From an uncultured bacterium (lineage in GTDB: Bacteria; Joyebacterota; Joyebacteria; Joyebacterales; Joyebacteraceae), in NCBI GenBank assembly GCA_964399265.1, contig CAYNQF010000004.1:1-57857 (forward strand): a DNA stretch of 57,857 nt, read 5' to 3'. This document shows, one piece after another, positions 38,544 to 46,423 of the stretch (position 1 is the first letter of the stretch; each line of letters starts with the position of its first letter). The translations under genes were made by a program, and so were the position numbers. The notes beneath the pieces are model-generated. The model saw only the letters and a program-made list of their open reading frames with translations. It was not told the DNA's origin and ran no database searches.

Positions 38544-38603
38544 TAGAAGTGGAGGAGGTCATATCTGGGTTTCACTTCGCAGGCAGTCTTCCGGAGGTGG
38601 GTC

Positions 38604-39377
38604 ATGAAGCTACTCGTTCTCTTGGGTGTGACCGCGCTCATGATGGGGCTCGCGGCCCCGGCGGGCGCTACGCTGCTTTCCGACATGTTCGGCGTGACGC
38701 TGTCGGTCGACGCCACGGGTTCATTCGACAACTCGTGGGCGCCAATCCGTTCCACCACGGACTACCTGGTGGACGACAACTTCAGCCTGCACTTCATGAG
38801 GGCTCCGTACGGCGGCGAGCTGTTCGATATCGAGGCGATCTACTTCGATGACGACGCCGACAACGCATACGTCGCAGTCGTGGGCTCATTCCCGGTGCCT
38901 ATGGGGGCGGACTTTCTCGGGTTGACGATCGCGCCCGGAGACCTTGGCATAGACCTCGGGGCCGGGGCGCTCGACCTTGGAGTCGACGTCGACGGCGCCA
39001 CGGGCCTCGTGGCGGACACGGCGCCCGGTGACTGGTATCAGAGCAGCACCTTCTTCATCGCCGAGACCGGTCCGACCAACTTCGCCGGGGGCGTGGCGCT
39101 CGGCTACGCGTCGCTCGATATGTACGACTACGGACTCGTCGAGCGGGGTAACGGGACCTACGTCTTCGAGATGACGATCGACAAGGGCCTGCTCGGATCG
39201 CCGACCGTTGGCGATTACATCGGTCTCGACTGGACGATGGGTTGCAGGAACGACGTCATACACCTGGACGGCGACTTCGACGGTGACACACCGCCCGTCC
39301 CGGAGCCGAGCACGCTGCTTCTCCTGGGCAGCGGCATCATCGGCGCCGTCGGATTCGTTCGCAGGCGGAGGAAGTAG
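38604..39377 (+). CDS. PEP-CTERM sorting domain protein
   Basis: GGAGG RBS, signal peptide, acidic body, C-terminal VPEPST + hydrophobic helix + RRRRK. Confidence 0.93.
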   Translation: MKLLVLLGVTALMMGLAAPAGATLLSDMFGVTLSVDATGSFDNSWAPIRSTTDYLVDDNFSLHFMRAPYGGELFDIEAIYFDDDADNAYVAVVGSFPVPMGADFLGLTIAPGDLGIDLGAGALDLGVDVDGATGLVADTAPGDWYQSSTFFIAETGPTNFAGGVALGYASLDMYDYGLVERGNGTYVFEMTIDKGLLGSPTVGDYIGLDWTMGCRNDVIHLDGDFDGDTPPVPEPSTLLLLGSGIIGAVGFVRRRRK

Positions 39378-39409
39378 TCGGAGGCGACAGCGGGCATCGG
39401 AGAATCGAC

Positions 39410-39443
39410 ACGGGCCGGGACGCGTTCCCGGCCCGTTCTTCTT
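39410..39443 (+). terminator. Rho-independent terminator
   Basis: ACGGGCCGGGA-CGCGT-TCCCGGCCCGT followed by TCTTCTT. Confidence 0.7.
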
Positions 39444-39448
39444 GCGGC

Positions 39449-39478
39449 GCGGCGCCTATTGCGGCGCCTATTGCGGCG
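39449..39478 (+). repeat. 12-bp tandem repeat (GCGGCGCCTATT x2.5)
   Basis: GCGGCGCCTATT GCGGCGCCTATT GCGGCG, read directly from the sequence. Confidence 0.85.
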
Positions 39479-39507
39479 GGAGGAGGCGGCGTTGTACATT
39501 CGGCCGC

Positions 39508-40734
39508 ATGAGGGTTCTCTTCCTGTCCGACAACTTCCCGCCCGAGACCAATGCGCCGGCTGTGCGTACGTTCCAGCACACCCGAACCTGGGTCGAGGAG
39601 GGGCACGACGTAACGGTCGTGACATGTGCGCCGAACTTCCCGACGGGGCGAGTGTACGAGGGGTATCGCAACGCCCCGTACTCGGTGGAATACGTCTCCG
39701 GCGTGCGTTTGATCAGGGTCTGGTCCTACATGGCCGCGAACGCCGGGACCTTCCGCCGCTCTCTCGATTTTCTGAGCTTCATGCTTAGCGCCGTGCCGGC
39801 CTCCCTCATGCAGAGGAGGCCCGACGTCGTGATAGGCACGTCTCCGCAGCTCTTCGCCACGCTCGGAGCCTGGGTCGTGGCGAGGGCGTTCCGGGTGCCA
39901 TGCGTCTTCGAGCTTCGTGACCTGTGGCCGGAGTCTATCGTCGCGGTCGGAGCGGCGAGCGACGGAGCCGTGGTACAGGGCCTCTCGCGGCTCGCGCACT
40001 TTCTCTATCGGCACGTCGACCACATCGTGTCCGTGACCGAGTCGTTCGTCTCGATACTCGGGGAGCGAGGCATCCCCGCGGCCAAGATGTCGGTCGTTCG
40101 CAACGGCGTCGACCTCGACCAGTTCAAACCCGGGCCTCCGGACGAAGAATTCCGCAGGAGCGTCGGGGCCGGTCCCGGCGACATGCTCGTGACCTACCTG
40201 GGGACCGTGGGCATGGCCCACGGGCTGCGCCACGTTCTGGACGCGGCCGAGTTGGGCGGTGACTCCGGGGTGCGCTTCCTGATCGTGGGAGAGGGCGCCG
40301 AGAAGGCGGCTCTTAAGAGCGAGGCCGCAGCGCGGGGGGTCACCGGCGTGACGTTCCTCGAGGGACAGCCGCGCGAGCGTGTGCCGGCCATTCTAGCGTC
40401 GAGCGACGCGGTGCTCGTACACCTGCGCGACGACCCGTTGTTCGACTCCGTGATCCCCTCGAAGATCTTCGAGGCCATGGCGATGGCCAGACCGATCATT
40501 CTGGGCGTGCGCGGGGAGAGCGCCCGGCTCGTAGAGCGCACGGGTTCGGGCCTTACCGTCGAACCCGAAGACCCACGGGCCCTCCTCGAAGCCATCACGA
40601 CCCTGCGGAACGACGCGGAGACGAGGCGCCGCCTTGGAGAGAACGGACGCCGCTCGGCAGAGAGCGAGTTCTGCCGGCGCGCGGCCGCTCTCAGGATGTT
40701 GGATGTGCTCGTGCGAGTTGCGAATACGCGGTGA
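39508..40734 (+). CDS. WbuB-like GT4 glycosyltransferase
   Basis: DNFPPETNAPA, APNFPTG, RDLWPES, IPSKIFEAMA; paralogous to the N-terminal part of 24957-26801. Confidence 0.88.
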   Translation: MRVLFLSDNFPPETNAPAVRTFQHTRTWVEEGHDVTVVTCAPNFPTGRVYEGYRNAPYSVEYVSGVRLIRVWSYMAANAGTFRRSLDFLSFMLSAVPASLMQRRPDVVIGTSPQLFATLGAWVVARAFRVPCVFELRDLWPESIVAVGAASDGAVVQGLSRLAHFLYRHVDHIVSVTESFVSILGERGIPAAKMSVVRNGVDLDQFKPGPPDEEFRRSVGAGPGDMLVTYLGTVGMAHGLRHVLDAAELGGDSGVRFLIVGEGAEKAALKSEAAARGVTGVTFLEGQPRERVPAILASSDAVLVHLRDDPLFDSVIPSKIFEAMAMARPIILGVRGESARLVERTGSGLTVEPEDPRALLEAITTLRNDAETRRRLGENGRRSAESEFCRRAAALRMLDVLVRVANTR

Positions 40735-40848
40735 CCGCGGCCTGTGATGCCGGATGTGCTCAGGCGAGCAGCGAACGCAGGGTGACCATCGTCCGCGCGG
40801 GTGCGTCGGGAGGCCTGCCTGGTTTGCAACGGTGGGCGGGCCCGACGA

Positions 40849-41607
40849 TCACTCGTCCTTCCAGCCCTGCCTGTCCAGAAGCTGCTCTTCGGGCACGTCG
40901 CGGACGACCCTCGCGGGTACGCCGATCATGACCTTACCCGGGGGAGCGTCGACCGTCAGCACGGCGCCCGCCGCGACGACGGCGTCCTCGCCCACGGTCC
41001 TGCCGGGCAGCAGCGTCGCGCCGGCGCCTATGCGCCCGCCGCGCCTGACCGTCACACCCTTGAAGTGCTTGAAGCGCTCTTCCGTGCGGCCGATGTAGTT
41101 GTCGTTCGACGTCGAGACTCCGGGAGCCACGAACACGCGGTCCTCGAGCGTCGAGTAGGCGGTGATGTAGCACTCGCTCTCGAGTTTGCAGTACTTGCCG
41201 ATCGTGCACTTGTTCTCGACGGTGACGCCCCTGCCTATGATCGTGTGGTGTCCGACGGTCACGCCCTCCCTGACGGAGGCAAGGTCCGCGACCAGCGTGT
41301 GGTGTCCCAGCTCGCACCCCGCGTAGACCACGGTGTTTGCGCCTATGATGCACCCGTCGCCCACGATGGCCGGAGGCACCGAGGCCCCGTCGGTCGTCGC
41401 CGAGATGGCGGCCTTCATCGGGAGCTTGCCGACCACCGCTCCGTCATCGATCCGGACGCCGTCGCCGATGTGCGTCCCGTCATGGATCACCACGCAGTTG
41501 CCTATCGTGCAGTTGTCTCCCAAGGTGACGCCCGCCGAGATCACCGAGAACCTGCCCACGGTCGTATCGCGACCCAGCGACGCCGTCTCGTGCACGTACC
41601 TCTCCAT
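40849..41607 (-). CDS. Hexapeptide-repeat sugar N-acetyltransferase (WbpD/WlbB-like)
   Basis: Left-handed beta-helix repeats (IGDGV, VGDGC, IGRGV, IGAGA), SNDNY, VAAGAVLT, GVPARVV. Confidence 0.82.
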   Translation of the reverse strand: MERYVHETASLGRDTTVGRFSVISAGVTLGDNCTIGNCVVIHDGTHIGDGVRIDDGAVVGKLPMKAAISATTDGASVPPAIVGDGCIIGANTVVYAGCELGHHTLVADLASVREGVTVGHHTIIGRGVTVENKCTIGKYCKLESECYITAYSTLEDRVFVAPGVSTSNDNYIGRTEERFKHFKGVTVRRGGRIGAGATLLPGRTVGEDAVVAAGAVLTVDAPPGKVMIGVPARVVRDVPEEQLLDRQGWKDE

Positions 41608-41669
41608 CGGTCGTTCCTTTCGAGGTCTGGTCTGCCTGGGCTATTCCGGCTGGAACCGGCGTCGGCCCG

Positions 41670-42674
41670 CTAGAGGGAGACGGGGGCGCCTCCCGAGCGC
41701 AGCGAGCGCTGAGCCGCCTCGAGCACCCGCACGACCCTGAGGCCGTCGCGCCCGTCCGAACGGGGCGTCGAACGCGTCTTCACGCACTCGACGAAGTGCT
41801 CGCACTCCAGGCGGAGCGGCTCGACCATGTTGAGCACCGGCACGGCGACCTCTCCGAACCGGAGTGTCGGGGCGTCGGCATAGTCGGCGAACTGCCCGTT
41901 GTGCTCGACTCCCTTGTTGTAGATCCGTATCTTCTCGGCGGTCTGCATGTCGTCGAATACCACCATCTTTTTGCTTCCGACGAGCGTCGTCCGCCTGATC
42001 TTGTGCGGGTCCAGCCAGGAGACGTGCACCTGTGCCAGCTTGTTGCCGGGGAAGAGCATCCACATGAACGCCACGTCCTCTATGCCCGGCTGTATGTAGG
42101 CGGCGCCCCTGGCGGCCACCTCAACGGGTTCCTCGCCCAGCAGGTACAGTATTATTGAGACGTCGTGCGGAGCGAAGCTCCAGAGCGCGTTCTCGTCGCT
42201 GCGGATCCTGCCCAGGTTGACCCTCTCAGAGTAGAGATAGTACGGATCTCCGACCTCGCCGCTTGCGAGCAGGTCCCGCATCGCGTTGACGGCCGGATGG
42301 TACTCGAGCAGGTGCCCCACCATGAGGACCCGGCCCTCGCGTTCGGCCACCCCGACCAGGCTCTCCGCATCGGCGAGGGAGAGCGTCATGGGCTTCTCGA
42401 CGAAGACGTCTTTGCCCGCGGCCATGGCCCTCGACGCGAGGTCGAAGTGCGTCACGGCAGGTGTGGCGATGACGATGGCGTCGATGTCAGGAGAGTCGAT
42501 GACCTCGTTCGGGTCGTAGCATCTCTGGACATTCTTGAACCCGTTGGCGGTCTTGTCGCAACGGCCGGGCTCCGTGTCGCAGCACATCACGAGGTCCGCG
42601 CTGCGGAGATGAGCCAGGTTCCTGAGGAGGTTCCGTCCCCAGGCGCCCGCGCCTATGAGCGCTAGCTTGGTCAC
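41670..42674 (-). CDS. Gfo/Idh/MocA NAD-dependent oxidoreductase (WbpB/WlbA-like)
   Basis: LIGAGAWG, VEKP, VGHLLEYHP, FAPHD; GTG start 9 nt after AGGAAGG. Confidence 0.88.
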   Translation of the reverse strand: MTKLALIGAGAWGRNLLRNLAHLRSADLVMCCDTEPGRCDKTANGFKNVQRCYDPNEVIDSPDIDAIVIATPAVTHFDLASRAMAAGKDVFVEKPMTLSLADAESLVGVAEREGRVLMVGHLLEYHPAVNAMRDLLASGEVGDPYYLYSERVNLGRIRSDENALWSFAPHDVSIILYLLGEEPVEVAARGAAYIQPGIEDVAFMWMLFPGNKLAQVHVSWLDPHKIRRTTLVGSKKMVVFDDMQTAEKIRIYNKGVEHNGQFADYADAPTLRFGEVAVPVLNMVEPLRLECEHFVECVKTRSTPRSDGRDGLRVVRVLEAAQRSLRSGGAPVSL

Positions 42675-42858
42675 TGCCCCCACCCTTCCTTTTCGTTGTC
42701 TGCCCGGACCGACTTCGTGGGAGTCCGGGTGCGGTGTCGTCTCGCGAGATGCCTTTGGATCGGGTGCTCAGGCAGAGGTTCCGCCGGACCGTGTGCCCGG
42801 GCGGAAGCTCCGCGAGATTCTAGAGGGTCTCGGGGGCATCCCGCAACCGCGAATGAAA

Positions 42859-42874
42859 TGCAAGATGCGTACCA
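42859..42874 (-). promoter_or_regulatory. sigma54 (-24/-12) promoter of the minus-strand sugar-biosynthesis pair
   Basis: Minus strand reads TGGTACGCATCTTGCA, one mismatch to TGGCAC-N5-TTGCW. Confidence 0.7.
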
Positions 42875-42911
42875 GCGCCGCGCGGAGGCGGGGAGGCCCA
42901 CTCTCTCGGCC

Positions 42912-42940
42912 TTGACGCCGGGGGCGCGGCGTTCTAGACT
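42912..42940 (+). promoter_or_regulatory. sigma70 promoter of the M42-btpA-mbx operon
   Basis: TTGACG-N17-TAGACT. Confidence 0.65.
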
Positions 42941-43031
42941 GATTTCTATTCCCGATTCACAGTTCCGCGAGCGGGGTCGACCACCGCCGGCCGACCGACG
43001 CGGTGGTACCTCTCTCCACAAGGAGGCTGCG

Positions 43032-44099
43032 TTGGACAAGACTGAACTCATGTTCAAGGAACTCACAGAGGCCAACGGCATCTCGGGCTTCGAAGACGAG
43101 GTCGCCGACCTGATGGCGACCTACGTGAAGGACGTCGCCGACGTGCGCTACGACAACCTCGGCAGCCTCGTCGCGGAGAAGCGCGGCAAGAGCGCGAGCC
43201 CACGTGTCATGATCGCCGGCCACATGGACGAGATCGGCTTCATGGTGAAGACCGTGACGAAGGAGGGATTCATCAAGTTCCTTCCGATCGGCGGTTGGTG
43301 GGGGCACGTGGCTCTGTCGCAGCGGGTTCTCGTCAAGACCAGGAAGGGTGAGTTCCTGGGCGTCATCGGTTCGAAGGCGCCGCACATCCTGAAGGCGGAG
43401 GAGAGGTCGAAGGTCCTCGACATCTCGGACATGTACATCGACGTCGGCGCGACCGGCAAGTTCGACGTCGGGAAGACGCTCGGCGTCCGTCCCGGCGATC
43501 CCATCACTCCGATCTCCGAGTTCACCATCCTCGGCAACAAGAAGACGTATGCGGCGAAGGCCTGGGACGATCGTATCGGCGTCGCCGCGGTGATCGACGT
43601 GCTGCACAAGGTCGGCAAGAGTCATCCCAACACGCTGTTCGGCGTGGGAACGGTCCAGGAGGAGGTGGGGCTCCGCGGCGCCAGGACGAGCGCGAGCCTC
43701 GTCGACCCCGACGTCGCCTTCGCCATCGACGTGACGATCGCCACCGACACGCCCGGCTGCGACGGAGCGGGAGAGGATCTGGGCTCCGGCGTGGGCATCA
43801 TGGTGCTGGACGGCAGCGCGATTCCGAGCCGCCGGCTGCGCGACTTCGTCATCGAAGTCGCCGAGAAGGACAAGATCCCGTACGTCCTGACGGCGCTCGC
43901 CAGGGGCGGCACGGACAGCGGCACAATCCAGTTCAACAAGTCCGGCGTTCCCTGCCTGACGTTCGTCGTGCCGACGCGCTACATACACGGTCACGTCGGC
44001 GTGATCCACCGGAAGGATTACGACAGTCTCGTCAAGCTTCTGACCTCCGTCGTGAAGAGGCTCGACGCGAAGACGGTGGCGACCTTCCGCAGAGGTTAG
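43032..44099 (+). CDS. M42 family metallo-aminopeptidase (TET/FrvX-like)
   Basis: AGHMDEIG, KAWDDRIG, QEEVGLRGA, AIDVT, RYIHG; TTG start after AAGGAGG. Confidence 0.92.
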   Translation: MDKTELMFKELTEANGISGFEDEVADLMATYVKDVADVRYDNLGSLVAEKRGKSASPRVMIAGHMDEIGFMVKTVTKEGFIKFLPIGGWWGHVALSQRVLVKTRKGEFLGVIGSKAPHILKAEERSKVLDISDMYIDVGATGKFDVGKTLGVRPGDPITPISEFTILGNKKTYAAKAWDDRIGVAAVIDVLHKVGKSHPNTLFGVGTVQEEVGLRGARTSASLVDPDVAFAIDVTIATDTPGCDGAGEDLGSGVGIMVLDGSAIPSRRLRDFVIEVAEKDKIPYVLTALARGGTDSGTIQFNKSGVPCLTFVVPTRYIHGHVGVIHRKDYDSLVKLLTSVVKRLDAKTVATFRRG

Positions 44100-44213
44100 C
44101 CTGAGAACGCAAACGGGCCCGCTCTCGGGCCTTCGCTGGTTCGGAGCCTGCCGGGACGTCCGTGGTCCCGGCAGCTCCGCTGTCCCTGTGGCCCCGGCCA
44201 AAGGAGTCGCGAC

Positions 44214-45023
44214 GTGGCGTTCGTCCAGGACGTGTTCGGCGTCGAGAAGGCGCTCATAGGCGTCGTCCACCTGCTGCCGCTGCCCGGGAGTCCGCTATGG
44301 GGCGGCGACATGGGCGCGGTGATGCGAAGGGCACTGGCGGACGCCTCGGCCCTGAGCGGTGCGGGCTTCGACGGCATCATACTGGAGAACTTCGGCGACG
44401 TCCCGTTCGCCCGGGGGTTCGCCGGGCGGGGCGCGGTCGCCGCGCTGGCGGCCGTCGGGTCGAGGGTCGCCGAGGCGGTCGATGCGCCGCTCGGGGTCAA
44501 CGTCCTCCGAAACGACGCCCTCTCCGCGGTGGGCGTGGGGGTGGCGATCGGGGCCGCCTTCGTTCGTGTGAACGTCCACGTCGGCGCGGCCGTATGCGAT
44601 CAGGGCATCGTGCAGGGCGGCGCCATGGAGACCATGCGCGCCGTGCGGGACATGGGCCCCGCGCTCCGCGTCGTGGCAGACGTGGACGTGAAGCACGCAT
44701 CCTCGCTGAGCGCCAGAGGCATCGAGGAGGAAGCGAAGGATGCCGTTGAGAGAGGGCTCGCGTCGGCGCTTATCGTGACCGGGAAGGCAACGGGAGCGTC
44801 CGTCGACGCGCACGACCTCGAGCGCGTGAAGGGGGCCGTCCCAGGCACGTCGGTCCTCGCGGGCAGCGGCGTCACCAGGGATACTCTGGGCGGAATCCTC
44901 ACGGGGTGTGACGGCATCATAATCGGCAGTAATGTTATGAAGGGCGGAAGGGCGGGCAACCAGGTCGACGCAGCGCGCGCGGCCGCTCTCGCGTCCACGT
45001 TCATGAACGAGGCCGGCCGTTGA
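44214..45023 (+). CDS. btpA: BtpA/SgcQ family protein
   Basis: GVVHLLPLPGSP, ENFGDVPF, GVNVLRND, ADVDVKH, IVTGKATG. Confidence 0.9.
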   Translation: MAFVQDVFGVEKALIGVVHLLPLPGSPLWGGDMGAVMRRALADASALSGAGFDGIILENFGDVPFARGFAGRGAVAALAAVGSRVAEAVDAPLGVNVLRNDALSAVGVGVAIGAAFVRVNVHVGAAVCDQGIVQGGAMETMRAVRDMGPALRVVADVDVKHASSLSARGIEEEAKDAVERGLASALIVTGKATGASVDAHDLERVKGAVPGTSVLAGSGVTRDTLGGILTGCDGIIIGSNVMKGGRAGNQVDAARAAALASTFMNEAGR

Positions 45024-45565
45024 GCAAGCGCAAGCCGAAGACCACACCGCGGTCGACCGAATCCACCGGCTCGTGGAGGCCCGTTGCGTGCTGGAGCGTG
45101 GCCCTGTTCGTGCTCTGGCTCATCCTGACTCGCAGTCTCGACCCGCAGGAACTGATGGTCGGCGCCGTGGCCTCGGTGCTCGTCTCGCTGCTCGTCCGGC
45201 AGGTGGCGGCCCGGCTCATCCTGTGCGGGGCCAGCTGGCCGAGACGCAGCGCATACCTGCTCGCGTACGTGCCCTACCTGTTCTGGAACATCGTCAAGTC
45301 CAACATCGACGTAGCGTCGCGCGTCGTGAACCCGCGACTGCCCATACGGCCCGGGATCGTGCGCGTCAAGACCAGGCTCAAGAGCCCACTCGGTCGGCTC
45401 CTCCTGACGAGTTCCATCACGCTGACGCCCGGGACCCTGACGGTCGACATCGAGGGCGACGATCTCTTCATTCATTGGATCGACGTCGAGGGCACCGACA
45501 CCGAGGCAATGTCGCGCAGGATCGTCGGGGGCTTCGAGCGATATCTGGAGGTGATCTTTGGCTAG
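45020..45565 (+). CDS. mnhE: MnhE/MrpE-like subunit (MbxA)
   Basis: IVKSNIDVA, IRPGIVRV, SITLTPGTLTVD, LFIHWID. Confidence 0.9.
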   Translation: MSKRKPKTTPRSTESTGSWRPVACWSVALFVLWLILTRSLDPQELMVGAVASVLVSLLVRQVAARLILCGASWPRRSAYLLAYVPYLFWNIVKSNIDVASRVVNPRLPIRPGIVRVKTRLKSPLGRLLLTSSITLTPGTLTVDIEGDDLFIHWIDVEGTDTEAMSRRIVGGFERYLEVIFG

Positions 45566-45818
45566 CCCGCTCATCGTCGCAGCCGCCGTCTTCGGCATGG
45601 CGGCGGTGGTCCTGTCGATGCTCCGGATGTTCCGCGGACCGACGGCGACCGACAGGGCTGTGGCGCTGGACGTGGTCACGCTGGTCCTGATGCCGACCAT
45701 GGTCGGTCTGGCCGTGTTCACCGGCCGCGTCATCTACATCGACGTCGCGCTGGTCTACGGACTTCTATCGTTCCTCGGCGTGATGTCGCTCGCGCGGTAC
45801 CTGGACAGGGGGCTCTGA
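45558..45818 (+). CDS. mnhF: MnhF/MrpF-like subunit (MbxB)
   Basis: RGPTATDRAVALD, DVALVY, LARYL. Confidence 0.9.
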   Translation: MASPLIVAAAVFGMAAVVLSMLRMFRGPTATDRAVALDVVTLVLMPTMVGLAVFTGRVIYIDVALVYGLLSFLGVMSLARYLDRGL

Positions 45819-45824
45819 GCCGGC

Positions 45825-46190
45825 ATGGCGGTCCTTCAGGTCATAGGCGGTGTAGTGGCGTTGGTGGGGTCGGCCTTCCTCTTCTTGGGGGCGCTGGGCA
45901 TCGTGCGCATGCCCGACCTCTACAACCGCATGCAGGCCGGCACGAAGGCGACGACGCTCGGATGCCTGCTCACACTGACCGGGCTCGGGCTGTACCAGCC
46001 GACGTGGCTGCCGAAGATCCTGCTCCTCGCACTGTTCGTACTCCTTACGAACCCCATCTCTTCACACGCGCTGGCGCGGTCGGCCCACAGGGCGGGTATC
46101 CCTCTCGTCCGTAAGTCGGTGGTCGACGCGCTTTCCGAGAGGGACGGCGGCGGTTCAGCCGCCGGCGGCGTCGACGAGGAGGAGCTGTGA
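45825..46190 (+). CDS. mnhG: MnhG/MrpG-like subunit (MbxC)
   Basis: GIVRMPDLYNRMQAGTKATTLG, TNPISSHALAR. Confidence 0.9.
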   Translation: MAVLQVIGGVVALVGSAFLFLGALGIVRMPDLYNRMQAGTKATTLGCLLTLTGLGLYQPTWLPKILLLALFVLLTNPISSHALARSAHRAGIPLVRKSVVDALSERDGGGSAAGGVDEEEL

Positions 46191-46423
46191 TAGTCGCCGA
46201 CGTCATCATCTGCGCGCTCATGCTGGCCGCTGCCGTGGCGGCGGTGGTGGTCAGAGGGCTCCTCTCGGCGATCATCCTGGTCGGCGTGGTGAGCCTGTTC
46301 GTGTCGTATCTCTTCCTCAGAATGGGCGCGCCCGACGTCGCGATGACGGAGGCGGCCATCGGCGCGGCGCTCAGCACGGTCGTGTTCCTGATAGCCCTCC
46401 GGCGCACCAGGAGGAAGGCATGA
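46187..46423 (+). CDS. DUF4040 / MbhD-like subunit (MbxD)
   Basis: APDVAMTEAAIGA motif; three TM helices. Confidence 0.85.
   Translation: MIVADVIICALMLAAAVAAVVVRGLLSAIILVGVVSLFVSYLFLRMGAPDVAMTEAAIGAALSTVVFLIALRRTRRKA

Noticed and set aside
38566-38581. GG-N10-GC (TGGGTTTCACTTCGCA) before PEP-CTERM gene 2
   Set aside because: Poor match to TGGCAC and TTGC, and a better sigma70 promoter lies upstream.
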